64,000 bases of DNA from an uncultured Clostridia bacterium (GTDB lineage Bacteria > Bacillota > Clostridia > Christensenellales > UBA1242): the NCBI GenBank assembly GCA_934754335.1, contig CAKVHY010000003.1, forward strand, positions 64,419 through 128,418, given 5' to 3'. Positions 45,962-56,554 of the stretch are shown here, piece after piece. The notes under the pieces are model-generated. The model was given only the letters and a program-made list of their open reading frames with translations. It was not told the DNA's origin and made no database searches. Numbering within the stretch: the stretch's first letter is position 1; every line of letters begins with the position of its first letter. Made by a program: the position numbers and the translations under genes.

Positions 45962-48325
45962 TTAGTCTTTTAACATATATCCGTTATCTTTAAATACTTT
46001 AACAACTTCTTTATGGAATGTTTCAAGTTCTTCCCCAGTCATAGTTCTATCATTTAGCCAAACTTGATAATGCAATGTATAACTCTTTGTATCGCTATTC
46101 TCAGGCTCGTAGATATCTAACAAACTAACATTATATAATAAATTTGTATTAACACTCTTTGCTATCTTTTCAATTTCTGAATACAAAACATTTTTAGGAA
46201 TTACAAAGTTGAAATCAAACTCACTCTTTGGATATTTTGAAACTTTTTCAAGTTTATAATCAATTGTTTTCAATCCAACAAGTTTTGTGAAGTCTATTTC
46301 ACAAAGTGCAACAGAAATTTTAGCATCAAGTTTTCTTTCAACCAATGGGTGCGCAAAGCCAATGAAACCAAGTTTTTCTTCACCGTTATAAAGTTCGTAA
46401 TAATTACTTGGATTTAAATAATCAACCTTACATAGCCCCTTTTCAATTCTTAAATCCGCCTTAACAACACATTCCATCAAATATTGAACCATATCTTTTA
46501 GTTTTAACAACAATTCTTCTTTTTCACTCTTACTTGCCAAAACAATTCCAAGGCTCTTTGTTTCATCAACCAAGCCATCTGGTTGCATATTCTTTACAAC
46601 TCTTCCAATTTCAAATGCACCAAAACTATTATAATCGTTTTTATTTTCCGCCACCACTTTAAGCATTGTTGGAATCATAGTTGATCTAATTTCGTTATTA
46701 TCTTTTTGGATTGAGTTTATAACCTTAACCACGCTACCCGGTTTAATGCCAAGCATTTTATTAATCTCGCTATCATACCAGATATAACTATGCACTTCAC
46801 TTAAGTTATATCTTTCAGCCAAAGCAAACTTCGTTTCATATTCCAAAACAACATCTCTATTCTTCTCAATTGGCTTTATAACTTGGCTTGTTGTTTTTGG
46901 AACGATATTGTCGTACCCATAAATTCTTGAAATTTCTTCCACCAAATCTGCCTTACCTTGAATATCTTTTGTTGCTCTAAATGATGGCACATTAACTGTG
47001 TAAACACCCTTACCATTAACTAAAACTTCAAATTCAAGCCTTGATAATATATCTATAATTTGGTTCTCAGGAATTTCAATTCCAATAAATCTATCAATAT
47101 ATGCTTTTGTTATCTCAATGCTTATTGGTGCAAAATGATAATTATAAATATCTGTAACACCACCACTAACATATGCATTTTCATCAAATTCTGAAACAAG
47201 TTCAACAAATCTTTTTAGTGCAATCATTGTTAGTTCTGGGTCAAGAGATTTCTCATATCTAGCACTACTCTCTGTTCTAAGACCAATATTCAATGCTGTT
47301 TTTCTAATTGAATATGAATCAAAACAAGCACTTTCAATCAAAACGGAATTTGTTTCATCATTAATAGAACTCTTTAATCCACCCATAACGCCTGCAATTG
47401 CCACAGGTTCACCAGCGGATTTAATCATAACAGTATTTTTAGGCAACTCTCTTTCAACTTCATCAAGAGTAATAAATTTTGTAACGTTTTTAGCATTTTC
47501 AACTTCAATTTTCTTAACAATTGCGTTATCAAAAGCATGCATTGGTTGACCAAGTTCTAGCATTACATAATTCGTTACGTCCGCCAAGAAATTCACCGCT
47601 CTCATTCCACAATAATACAATCTTATTTGCATATTGATTGGCGATACTTTTCTTTCAATACCAGCCATTGTGGTGGTTGTATATCTAAAACATTCTTTTG
47701 CATCAACAGAAACTTCAACTTTTGGCTTATCGCTCTTTCCATTCCAAAGAACTAATGGCCTTAAATCTCTTTTAACTAATGCTGAGATTTCTCTTGCAAT
47801 GCCATAGTGTCCCCACATATCTGGTCTATTTGTTAAACTTTTATTATCCACTTCAAAGATAAAGTCGTCAATATCTAGATAATCTTTTATATCTCTGCCA
47901 AGTTCGTAATTCTCGCTAAGTTCCATCAAACCGCTATTATCATCACTGATTCCAAGTTCTTTAGCCGAACAGCACATTCCATAACTTTCATATCCACCAA
48001 CAATGGCTTTATTTATATGCAATTCGCCAACTTGTCCACCAATCATTGCCACAGGCACAACAAGGCCGACTCTAACATTTGGTGCACCACAAACAATATT
48101 CAAAATTGTTCTGCCAACATCCACCTTTAATAAGTGTAATTTCTTGCTATTAGGGTGATTTTCAACGCTTAAAATTTTTCCAACAACAACGTTTTTTATA
48201 TCTTTTCCTTTCTCTTCATAGCCTTCAACTTCAGCGCAAGAAAGAGTAAATTTATTAACCAACGCTTTTAAATCAACATTAGTTAAATCCACATAATCTT
48301 TAATCCAATTTAATGATATATACAT
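45962..48325 (-). CDS. pheT: phenylalanine--tRNA ligase beta subunit
   Basis: It has the N-terminal tRNA-binding domain (MYISLNWIKDYV...GKILSVENHPNSKKLHLLKVDVG), B3/4 and B5 regions and the C-terminal FDX-ACB region. It sits directly downstream of pheS. Confidence 0.95.
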   Translation of the reverse strand: MYISLNWIKDYVDLTNVDLKALVNKFTLSCAEVEGYEEKGKDIKNVVVGKILSVENHPNSKKLHLLKVDVGRTILNIVCGAPNVRVGLVVPVAMIGGQVGELHINKAIVGGYESYGMCCSAKELGISDDNSGLMELSENYELGRDIKDYLDIDDFIFEVDNKSLTNRPDMWGHYGIAREISALVKRDLRPLVLWNGKSDKPKVEVSVDAKECFRYTTTTMAGIERKVSPINMQIRLYYCGMRAVNFLADVTNYVMLELGQPMHAFDNAIVKKIEVENAKNVTKFITLDEVERELPKNTVMIKSAGEPVAIAGVMGGLKSSINDETNSVLIESACFDSYSIRKTALNIGLRTESSARYEKSLDPELTMIALKRFVELVSEFDENAYVSGGVTDIYNYHFAPISIEITKAYIDRFIGIEIPENQIIDILSRLEFEVLVNGKGVYTVNVPSFRATKDIQGKADLVEEISRIYGYDNIVPKTTSQVIKPIEKNRDVVLEYETKFALAERYNLSEVHSYIWYDSEINKMLGIKPGSVVKVINSIQKDNNEIRSTMIPTMLKVVAENKNDYNSFGAFEIGRVVKNMQPDGLVDETKSLGIVLASKSEKEELLLKLKDMVQYLMECVVKADLRIEKGLCKVDYLNPSNYYELYNGEEKLGFIGFAHPLVERKLDAKISVALCEIDFTKLVGLKTIDYKLEKVSKYPKSEFDFNFVIPKNVLYSEIEKIAKSVNTNLLYNVSLLDIYEPENSDTKSYTLHYQVWLNDRTMTGEELETFHKEVVKVFKDNGYMLKD

Positions 48326-48335
48326 AATTCTCTCC

Positions 48336-49364
48336 CTATTTCACCTTTGTTTGTTTTAATTCTTTTAGTTTACAGCCATTTAGAGTACGAATATCGCTTA
48401 TCTCATAAGTCATCATAACTAATCTACTAAGCCCCAATCCGAATGCAAATCCTTGATATTTTTCAGGGTCAATTCCACCCATCTCAAGAACGTTTTTATG
48501 AATCATTCCGCAAGGACAAAGTTCAATCCAGCCACCATGCTTACAAACTGAGCAACCTTCGCCATCACAATATGGACACTTACAATCCAATTCAAAACTA
48601 GGTTCTGTAAATGGGAAGAATCCTGGTCTTAGACGAACATCAACTTCCTTGCCAAACACTTTAGACAACATTGTTTTCATGAAATAAATCAAATTTGAGA
48701 TTGAAACATTTTCATCAATAAGCATTCCTTCCAATTGGAAGAATGTGTTTTCATGGCTTGGGTCCAACTCTTCATTTCTAAAGCAACGTCCCGGGAAAAT
48801 TGCTTTCAATGGAGCACCTAATTTTTTCATAATTCTATTTTGCCCTGCCGAAGTATGAGTTTTTAAAACCTGCCCATTATCTAGATAAAATGTATCTTGC
48901 ATATCTCTTGCAGGGTGATTTTTAGGAACATTTACTGCTTCAAAGTTATTAAATTCCGTTTCAATTTCATGCCCATCATCAACATAAAATCCCATACTTT
49001 CAAAGATATCTATAATTCTTTTTGCAATGATTGTGATTGGGTGCAAACTTCCTCTATCTTCCCTTGAAGGAATAGTTAAATCAACAAGTTTTGCTTCAGC
49101 AATCAATCTTTCAATTTCTTTATTTTCCAATTGTTTTTTCTTTTCTTCTATTGATGTTTCAATTTGGTTTTTAACAGCGTTTACGCCTTCGCCATAAGCC
49201 TTTTTCTCTTGAGCAGGAATATCCTTTATTAATTTCATAACTTCGGTTACAGCACCGCTTTTGCCAAGATATTTAACTCTAAGCGAATTTAAATCTTGCT
49301 CTGATTGAATTTGTTTTAATTCGTTTTTGAATTCTTCTAAAATTTTAACTAAATTTTCGTTCAT
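48336..49364 (-). CDS. pheS: phenylalanine--tRNA ligase alpha subunit
   Basis: It has HPARDMQDTFY, FPGRCFRNE and GFAFGLGLSRLVM, which are the class II motifs. Confidence 0.95.
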   Translation of the reverse strand: MNENLVKILEEFKNELKQIQSEQDLNSLRVKYLGKSGAVTEVMKLIKDIPAQEKKAYGEGVNAVKNQIETSIEEKKKQLENKEIERLIAEAKLVDLTIPSREDRGSLHPITIIAKRIIDIFESMGFYVDDGHEIETEFNNFEAVNVPKNHPARDMQDTFYLDNGQVLKTHTSAGQNRIMKKLGAPLKAIFPGRCFRNEELDPSHENTFFQLEGMLIDENVSISNLIYFMKTMLSKVFGKEVDVRLRPGFFPFTEPSFELDCKCPYCDGEGCSVCKHGGWIELCPCGMIHKNVLEMGGIDPEKYQGFAFGLGLSRLVMMTYEISDIRTLNGCKLKELKQTKVK

Positions 49365-49377
49365 ACTCTCTCCTTTT

Positions 49378-49636
49378 ACAACAAAAAAGCCCCAAAAAGC
49401 ACGAGGCTTTTAGGGACGAATTGGTTTTTCGTGGTACCACCCTAATTCAAAAGATTTCTCTTTCCTTAATTAGATTTTTTACGCAAATCTTGAAATCGAG
49501 CCCGTATTTCCCCAGGCCTGCTCCTATGTCGAAATTTCAAATTTTCCAGAGCCTAAAACAACCTTCCAGCGCAATCAGTTATTCTCTCTTGTAGGATAGA
49601 AATTCTACTATAACATATTCATAGCATTTATAAAAC
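49378..49636 (-). promoter_or_regulatory. T-box riboswitch leader (Phe specifier) of pheST
   Basis: The minus strand reads AATTAGGGTGGTACCACG (the T-box sequence) followed by the terminator AAGCCTC...GGGGCTT plus a T-run. The upstream stem I has an AGAGA box, and a specifier-loop region GAAATTTCGA contains UUC. Confidence 0.85.
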
Positions 49637-49642
49637 GCTTAA

Positions 49643-49672
49643 ATTCTAACATTAAATTAAAGCATTTGTCAA
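49643..49672 (-). promoter_or_regulatory. promoter of the pheST T-box leader
   Basis: The minus strand carries TTGACA (49672-49667), an 18-nt spacer and TAGAAT (49648-49643). Confidence 0.6.
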
Positions 49673-49702
49673 GTTTAAAATTGAAAATATAGCAACTTTT
49701 AT

Positions 49703-50968
49703 CTATTTTTCTTTATCTTCTTTAGCCTTCTCAACTCGTTCATCGTTTAAAATCTCATTATTTTCCAAGAAATCAACAAGCAGTTTTCTTGTTTTTTCTT
49801 CGTTTTCTGGAATTAACCAAGCACTAAAGATTAAACTTACTGCAATTGCAATATAAACGGGATAGAAAACAATTTTAGGCAACGCTGAGAACAATAATGC
49901 AATTCCAAAATAGAAAATATAAGATGTAAGACTAGCACATTCCCTATCGCAAAGAGCGGAATTACTAATGCCAAGTATTCTGGATTTAACCAATAATCTT
50001 TGCAATACAAATAAACTCAAGAAAGGATAAACTAGTCCGATAATCCCAAACATTATATAAAATGAAATATTACTTTGAACAAATGTAAAACTCAAAACAC
50101 ATAAACCCATCACAACACAAGCAAGCCTGCATAGCCAAGTTGTATCATATTTATCCATAAGTTTTCCTGCAAAGAAACTACTTACAGCATAACTTGCTTC
50201 ATAAATAGCACCTATGATACCCGCCAACGCATATTTACTACTTCCGCTTGCAAACAACTCAAGCGTAAATGTTGTTTTAAAGATATCATATGAGCAGAAT
50301 ACGAAATAAACAATAAAATAACCCAACAAGATTTTATAAATAATCTTTTTCCCATACTTGCCATAATGCACGTCCTTAGATAATGTTTCAAATGCGTTAG
50401 ACGTGGCATCTTTATTAAATGATTTTTCTTTTCTACTTCTAAAGTAATAAATAAGTAAAGGAATAAGTGAAATAAAATATAGTACTAACGAAATAATTAC
50501 AACTATCACAGTATTCACGTCCAATAAGTAACCGCCAATTAAAAGAGATGCAATTATTCCAAGTTCTTCAAAAACTCTTGTTAAGCCCAAACTTTTTGAA
50601 CTTTTATTAATCGAAGAGTAGTTATAAATATATTCGTTTGCTGAGGACTTAAATGCTGTATCAACTCCTAAGAATATACAAACGCCAACCACACCAACCC
50701 ATAAATTAGCATTAATTAACAATACAAATACATTGTATAAAGTAAGCGTCACAATTCTAAAAAGCAAAAACAATTGCGGATTTCCACGCATCTGTTTTCG
50801 TAAAAAATATGCCACTGATAATCTGATTGCATGTTGAGCCACCAAGTAAAGAAAGGCAATATAAAGTTGGCCTGTTTGGACATATATAATAAGCGGAACA
50901 AAAGAGCCCACTAGATTGTTTGCAAAGTTTGATAAAAACTTATAAAAATTTAATAACTTAAGTTGCAT
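49703..50968 (-). CDS. MFS-type transporter
   Basis: It is 421 aa with about 12 hydrophobic helices in a 6+6 arrangement around a central basic loop. Confidence 0.55.
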   Translation of the reverse strand: MQLKLLNFYKFLSNFANNLVGSFVPLIIYVQTGQLYIAFLYLVAQHAIRLSVAYFLRKQMRGNPQLFLLFRIVTLTLYNVFVLLINANLWVGVVGVCIFLGVDTAFKSSANEYIYNYSSINKSSKSLGLTRVFEELGIIASLLIGGYLLDVNTVIVVIISLVLYFISLIPLLIYYFRSRKEKSFNKDATSNAFETLSKDVHYGKYGKKIIYKILLGYFIVYFVFCSYDIFKTTFTLELFASGSSKYALAGIIGAIYEASYAVSSFFAGKLMDKYDTTWLCRLACVVMGLCVLSFTFVQSNISFYIMFGIIGLVYPFLSLFVLQRLLVKSRILGISNSALCDRECASLTSYIFYFGIALLFSALPKIVFYPVYIAIAVSLIFSAWLIPENEEKTRKLLVDFLENNEILNDERVEKAKEDKEK

Positions 50969-51079
50969 TTTTAATATTTTCCTAATTAACTTTCGTTATT
51001 ATATCACATTAAAATTTGCCAAACAAATAAATTTAAAACAAAAAGAAAAATACTATAATTTCTTATAGTATTTCATCTT

Positions 51080-53020
51080 TTATTTTTTCTTAAACATATT
51101 GAAAACACCTTTCTTTTTATCTTTAGTTTTATTTGTGTTTTCAGGTTCTTTATTTTTTGCATTATTAAAATTTGGAGTTTCATTATTTAGAGCATTCAAT
51201 GTTTCATCAACAGTGTTATTTAATTGATTTTGAGTGTCTAAATAATTTTGATTTTCTGCTTCAATTGTGTTTTGTAATTCTTGCAAACTTTCATTAGGAG
51301 CAGTTTCAACAATTTGCTGATTTGTTTTCGTTTTTACTTCTCCATTTTCATAAGCCCTTATCTTATTCATAAGTTCTGCTTCTTGATTTTGCATTTCAAT
51401 TTGCTTTGCGTTTGCTTCTTTTAATCTATTTTCGGCATCAAACAATTTTTGTTTTAATTCTTCAACACCTTCACCCTTGAATGCATCAGGCACTTCTTCC
51501 ATAGGTTCAATTTTCTTTGAATCTCTAACTCTATCTCTAAATTCTTTTGATGCAAAATAATCTTTAACATTTCCAATTGCTTCAATTTGAGCAAGCCTTA
51601 ATTTTAAGTCTTTATCAAGTTCGCTAATTTGCACATTCTTTGTGTTTATTTCATTTTGTTGATTTGCAATTGTTTGACTTAATGTGTTAACTTGTGCTTG
51701 CAAATTTTGTTTTTCTTCTTCAACTTGTCTAAAGAAGGGTTCATTTTGGGCAGCAATCATGGAGTTTATAATTCCATAAACCTTATTTGCATAAGTTTTG
51801 CCTTCAAGTTTCATAACGTCTTCAATATTAGATTTTTTAGAAGTTATCTCATCTGAAATTGCTTTGATTTCCACTTCAAATTCATCTTGTTGCTTTTTAA
51901 AACGAGATTGTGCTAAATCATAGTCTTTTTCCAATTGTTGCAACTTCTTTTGCTCATCGTTGTATTGTTTCTTTATATAGTTGGCATCAATTTGCGTTGC
52001 GGCAGTATTCAATTGCTCATTCAAACTTGCCATATTTTCTCTATGGGTTTGTGCTTTTCTTTCAAAATCTTTTGTAACTTCATCAAAGTTTTTCGAGAAG
52101 TTATATTCTTCTTGTTGCTTAGAATTTAATTTTTCCGTTAACACTCTTTTTGTATTAAAATACTTTTCGCATTCAAGCATTGCCCTATCTAACAATATTG
52201 CGTTTTCAACACCAAGTTCATTAAAATCAAACTTATCAAAGTTTTCATCTTGCTGTGCTTTTTCTTCTGCCTGTTTTTGCTCTTCATATGCTTTTTTCTC
52301 TAAGTAATCCTGCAAAACAGGAATGCCTTCTTTTATCTCTTTTTGAGTAAACAAAACTTCATAATCAACAAATGGAGGCATTGTGCTACAAGCCTTATTC
52401 AAATATCTTACGAATTCATTAAATTCATAATGTAATTCACCTGTAACTTGTGAATGTCTGAATTGCATAATTGCAACTGCAAAGTAGCCAACAGCCAAAA
52501 GCAATAAAGGAATGGTGATTGCACGAACTAAAAACAATTCTGCAGATGATGAACCGCCAACATAGAATACTAGAAAACAAATTGCTGTAAGCATTGCAAT
52601 AATCCCAGTAAATGTTCCGCAAACTTGAACTGCGCCCCCAAAACCACCTGCTTTATCTGCTTTATCTAAACAAGTTTGTTGATTAATATATTCACTTGGC
52701 ATTTTATCTCTATTAAGCATATATTCTTGCCAGCAAAACCTTACAGTTTTTGGCATCTCTTTCATTCTGCTATTTAGTTCCACCAAGTTATCGTTATTAA
52801 CATATGGGTTCTTTGAAAAAAACGCATTTGTTTTCTTAATACTCTTCAATAGCCTATTTTCATAAGAACGCACAATTCTAATTGACGTGATTAAAATTAA
52901 AACAAATAACAATGCAATAGCCCCAAGCGTAATTGCATTTGCTCCCATTTCTGATGCGATTTGACTTATAGATGAGATAATAAAATCATCAAAAGTTGAA
53001 GCCAACAAAAAACCCATCAT
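51080..53020 (-). CDS. membrane protein with a 3-TM core and a coiled-coil tail of about 430 aa (MotA/ExbB- or ZorA-like architecture, tentative)
   Basis: TM1 lies near aa 25-48, followed by a loop of about 85 aa. A TM2/TM3 hairpin carries GGAVQVCGTFTGIIAMLTAICFL, compared with the LGLLGTVxG motif of the MotA/ExbB family. A long Q/E/K/N-rich heptad-like tail follows. Confidence 0.35.
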   Translation of the reverse strand: MMGFLLASTFDDFIISSISQIASEMGANAITLGAIALLFVLILITSIRIVRSYENRLLKSIKKTNAFFSKNPYVNNDNLVELNSRMKEMPKTVRFCWQEYMLNRDKMPSEYINQQTCLDKADKAGGFGGAVQVCGTFTGIIAMLTAICFLVFYVGGSSSAELFLVRAITIPLLLLAVGYFAVAIMQFRHSQVTGELHYEFNEFVRYLNKACSTMPPFVDYEVLFTQKEIKEGIPVLQDYLEKKAYEEQKQAEEKAQQDENFDKFDFNELGVENAILLDRAMLECEKYFNTKRVLTEKLNSKQQEEYNFSKNFDEVTKDFERKAQTHRENMASLNEQLNTAATQIDANYIKKQYNDEQKKLQQLEKDYDLAQSRFKKQQDEFEVEIKAISDEITSKKSNIEDVMKLEGKTYANKVYGIINSMIAAQNEPFFRQVEEEKQNLQAQVNTLSQTIANQQNEINTKNVQISELDKDLKLRLAQIEAIGNVKDYFASKEFRDRVRDSKKIEPMEEVPDAFKGEGVEELKQKLFDAENRLKEANAKQIEMQNQEAELMNKIRAYENGEVKTKTNQQIVETAPNESLQELQNTIEAENQNYLDTQNQLNNTVDETLNALNNETPNFNNAKNKEPENTNKTKDKKKGVFNMFKKK

Positions 53021-53119
53021 AAAATTTTCTCCTTTTCCATTTCATTCTCTTTTTCATTATTAGTATAACACATAATCTAAAACCTTACTAATAAATTTAA
53101 CTAATTTAATACAAATTAT

Positions 53120-56100
53120 TTAATTGATTTCTATTAGTTTTTCCAACTCAAACGAATAAATAAATTTCTTCTTAACACCTATATTTAGGGCTTTCTCCAT
53201 TGCAAGTTTATAAATATTCAACTGAGTGGAATAAGTTTCAATAAAATTTGCTTCTGTGAAATTTCTATTTGTTTTGAAATCAATTAAGATAAAGCCGTCT
53301 TTCCCTTCAACTAATAAATCCACCACACCTTGGATTAATACTTTATCTGCCACATTTGAATTTTCCACAATTTTATTATATGGAATATTTAAAATAAATT
53401 GCTGTTCTTTTAATATCTTCCCAACTTTTATTTCTTTGATGCATTCTATTGCTTTTTCAATTTTTGAAATATTTATTTTCTTTGCTGTTTCTTCTGATAT
53501 TTTATCGGTCTCAATAAGATTATTTAATATCAAGCGAATATCATCATTTTTATATGTTATTTTTTCCATTATATAGTGGTATGCATTACCTAACTCCATG
53601 GCTTTGTTTGGCACTTTTTCAACATTTAACAAATTTAAATTCCCAACAAAATCAATTTCATTTTCATAATGCATTTCTTCTTGCATAATACCTGTAACAC
53701 TATTTTTAATTGCTATATTTTTTTCCACTTTATTTGGATACGAATATCTATAATAATTCTCCAATTTTTCAGATATTTGAGCGTCGTATGTTGAGAATAA
53801 AATATCTTCTTTTTTCTCTTCCATTTCTTCACATTCAGGGTTTTCAATACAAACTTTTATCTCGCTCGCTTCACCTTCATTGATTATAAATCCGCCCGAG
53901 TTTTTATTAATTCTATCTAGGTCAAAATCGCTAAACGAATAGAATAATAATTCTAGGAAAGACCTACAAGAATAAATGTCTAGATCTTTATATTTTTTTT
54001 CTATCTGATCAAATGGACAACTTCCTATCATATATAAATATTTTTTTGCACGTGTTAGAGCAACATAGAAAAGTCTAATCTCTTCATCAATCTGAGTTTT
54101 ATAGTTATTTAATCTACACGCAACTAGTGGCAAACTTGTATAATTTATTCTTTTTTCCAAATCCAAATATTTCAAACCAAATCCAAGTTTATCTGAAATA
54201 AACAAATTTGTTTCCCTATCACTTAGGTTAAATTTACTGGCCAAGTCAAATATGATACACGCCTTATAATCCAGTCCTTTTGAAGAATGCATAGTAATAA
54301 TTTTAACGCAATTATCGTTTGCTTTTACTTTCAAAACTTGCGATTGTTTACTTAAAATATTTATGTAGTCTAAGAACTTCGCTAAGTTATATGCATATGC
54401 TTCATTTGAAGCAATAGACAAAAATTCTAAAATATTGCTTTCCTTTTCCACGCCATCTGGCAAAGACTTAAAATATGTAATTAAATCCTTATCTTCAATA
54501 AACTTATTTAAAGTTTCGCTTATCTTATGAGTGTTTAAGAACTCCTGATAAAATTTTATATCTTGCAAAAATAAATTGATTTTATCTTCGTTATTTCCTT
54601 TATAGTCTAAAACATTTTGCCAAAACTTATTATCGCTAACAAGCCTTATATCTATAAGTTCATTTTCATTAAAGTTATAAACCGAACTTTTAAGCATAGT
54701 TACAACTGAAATATCGTCCTGAAAATTATTTAAAAGTCTTAAAAAACTAATCAGTGTAGTAACTTCCACAGTCTCAAATAAATTGTTGTTAAACTCCACA
54801 GAAACGGGAATATTTGCACTTTGCAGAGTATTATATAAAATCCTTACGCCTTCCCCTTTTTTTCTAACCAAAACACCAATATCTTTAAAATCATATTCCC
54901 TTTGCTTTGTTTCTAAGTTTGTTTTATTTATAAGTTCACTAATCTTCTTTGCCACCAAATCGGCTTCTTTTTTTAGCCTGATTGTTTTTTCAATAGTTAC
55001 TTGTTTACCTTCTTCTTCCGTTTCTTCTTTTGCATCAATTAAAGATAGTTCCACGCACTTATTTTTTGTTGGTTTTCCGCCACAAACAAGCCTTGCGTTT
55101 TCATAAGATAGACCCAAGGTTTGCTTCGTTATCAATTTTTCAAACACAAAATTCACAAATTGCAAAATATTATTTTCACTTCTATAATTATCCGTGAAGT
55201 CAAAAATTTTATTATTTATGTTATCGTTATATTTATCAACGAAATTCTGAGGTTGCGATAATCTAAATTCATAAATACTTTGCTTAACATCACCTATCAT
55301 GATCAAGTTTTTGCCATTTGATAGCGAACTTAAAATATATTCTTGCACACCATTAACATCTTGATATTCATCAACAAAGATATATTTATAACTATTTTGT
55401 ATTTCTTTTTTAACACGTTCGTTTTTTAATAGTTCAATAGTATATCTTTCCAAATCACCAAAATCTAGGCTCTTTCTGGCCTGTTTTAAAGACATATAAG
55501 TTTTGTCCACATTGTCAACAACTTCAATTAATTTTTCAATATTTTTTGTAATCATTTCCAAATGCAATTTCAAAATTTCAGGCGAATAGAACAACACTTC
55601 TTTTTTAAGTTTATCTATCAGTTTTTTAAAACTATCATGAACTTTTGCCAAGTCCGACCAGAATTCACTTTCCACAATATCGCATTTAGAAGGCTTTCTT
55701 GCCTTATCGATAAATTCAAAAACATTCAAAGACTTTGCAAAACTCACATAATCTTTGGAGTTTTTAATTTCATTTATAAAAATCAACCTGTTATTAAAAT
55801 ATTCGAAAGTTTTTTCCAAATCTAGAGTTTCTGCTCTTTCTTTTAACTTATAGAACTCGTTTTCAAACTTACAAACTTTTTCTTTATAATTGTTATGTAA
55901 GAATTTAGCACAGGAGTTATTATCAAGATTTGTGTTATAAGCCAAAGATAAAATGTTTTCTATCCAAGCCTTAGCGTCTACCTTGCTTCCAAAAAACTCA
56001 TGTATTCGCTCCACAATACTTTTTAAATCTTCTGTTTGACGTTTAGAATTATAACTCTCAAAAAGTTTATAAAAATCTTTATCGTTATTAACGATATAAT

Positions 56101-56554
56101 TATTAAACACCTTTTCTATGGCTGAATTTAACAAAAACTTCTTTTCTTTTTCAACAATTGAGAACTTTGGGTCTATGCCAATTTCATAGAAATATTTTGT
56201 AATTAATTTTTTACATATAGAGTCTATTGTTCCAATATCAGCCAGCGTTAGTTCATCTAGTTCTTGACTTAGATCCTCTTTCTTTTCCACGTCCACTTCA
56301 GCATTTATAACCATAGTTAGCATTCTATAAAGTTTTTGACGCATCTCGTTTGCGGCAGCGGTTGTAAATGTAACCACTAATAAATCTTTAACACCAACTC
56401 CCTTATTTGCAATCAAATCCACAAGTTTGCATATCATTGAAGTGGTCTTGCCTGTTCCGGCACTTGCAGATACAAGCACATTCTTTTCTTCATCAAAAAG
56501 AGCAAATTCTTTTTGCTTATCATTCAGTTTTTCTAAATAAACTCTATTTGTCAT
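53120..56554 (-). CDS. addA: helicase-nuclease AddA (UvrD-type helicase plus C-terminal nuclease)
   Basis: It has Walker A SASAGTGKTTSM, FVDEYQDVN, and a C-terminal RecB-type nuclease region GVVDLL...DFKTN. The SD AAGGAG precedes the ATG at 56554, and the gene overlaps the addB stop by 11 nt. Confidence 0.9.
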   Translation of the reverse strand: MTNRVYLEKLNDKQKEFALFDEEKNVLVSASAGTGKTTSMICKLVDLIANKGVGVKDLLVVTFTTAAANEMRQKLYRMLTMVINAEVDVEKKEDLSQELDELTLADIGTIDSICKKLITKYFYEIGIDPKFSIVEKEKKFLLNSAIEKVFNNYIVNNDKDFYKLFESYNSKRQTEDLKSIVERIHEFFGSKVDAKAWIENILSLAYNTNLDNNSCAKFLHNNYKEKVCKFENEFYKLKERAETLDLEKTFEYFNNRLIFINEIKNSKDYVSFAKSLNVFEFIDKARKPSKCDIVESEFWSDLAKVHDSFKKLIDKLKKEVLFYSPEILKLHLEMITKNIEKLIEVVDNVDKTYMSLKQARKSLDFGDLERYTIELLKNERVKKEIQNSYKYIFVDEYQDVNGVQEYILSSLSNGKNLIMIGDVKQSIYEFRLSQPQNFVDKYNDNINNKIFDFTDNYRSENNILQFVNFVFEKLITKQTLGLSYENARLVCGGKPTKNKCVELSLIDAKEETEEEGKQVTIEKTIRLKKEADLVAKKISELINKTNLETKQREYDFKDIGVLVRKKGEGVRILYNTLQSANIPVSVEFNNNLFETVEVTTLISFLRLLNNFQDDISVVTMLKSSVYNFNENELIDIRLVSDNKFWQNVLDYKGNNEDKINLFLQDIKFYQEFLNTHKISETLNKFIEDKDLITYFKSLPDGVEKESNILEFLSIASNEAYAYNLAKFLDYINILSKQSQVLKVKANDNCVKIITMHSSKGLDYKACIIFDLASKFNLSDRETNLFISDKLGFGLKYLDLEKRINYTSLPLVACRLNNYKTQIDEEIRLFYVALTRAKKYLYMIGSCPFDQIEKKYKDLDIYSCRSFLELLFYSFSDFDLDRINKNSGGFIINEGEASEIKVCIENPECEEMEEKKEDILFSTYDAQISEKLENYYRYSYPNKVEKNIAIKNSVTGIMQEEMHYENEIDFVGNLNLLNVEKVPNKAMELGNAYHYIMEKITYKNDDIRLILNNLIETDKISEETAKKINISKIEKAIECIKEIKVGKILKEQQFILNIPYNKIVENSNVADKVLIQGVVDLLVEGKDGFILIDFKTNRNFTEANFIETYSTQLNIYKLAMEKALNIGVKKKFIYSFELEKLIEIN

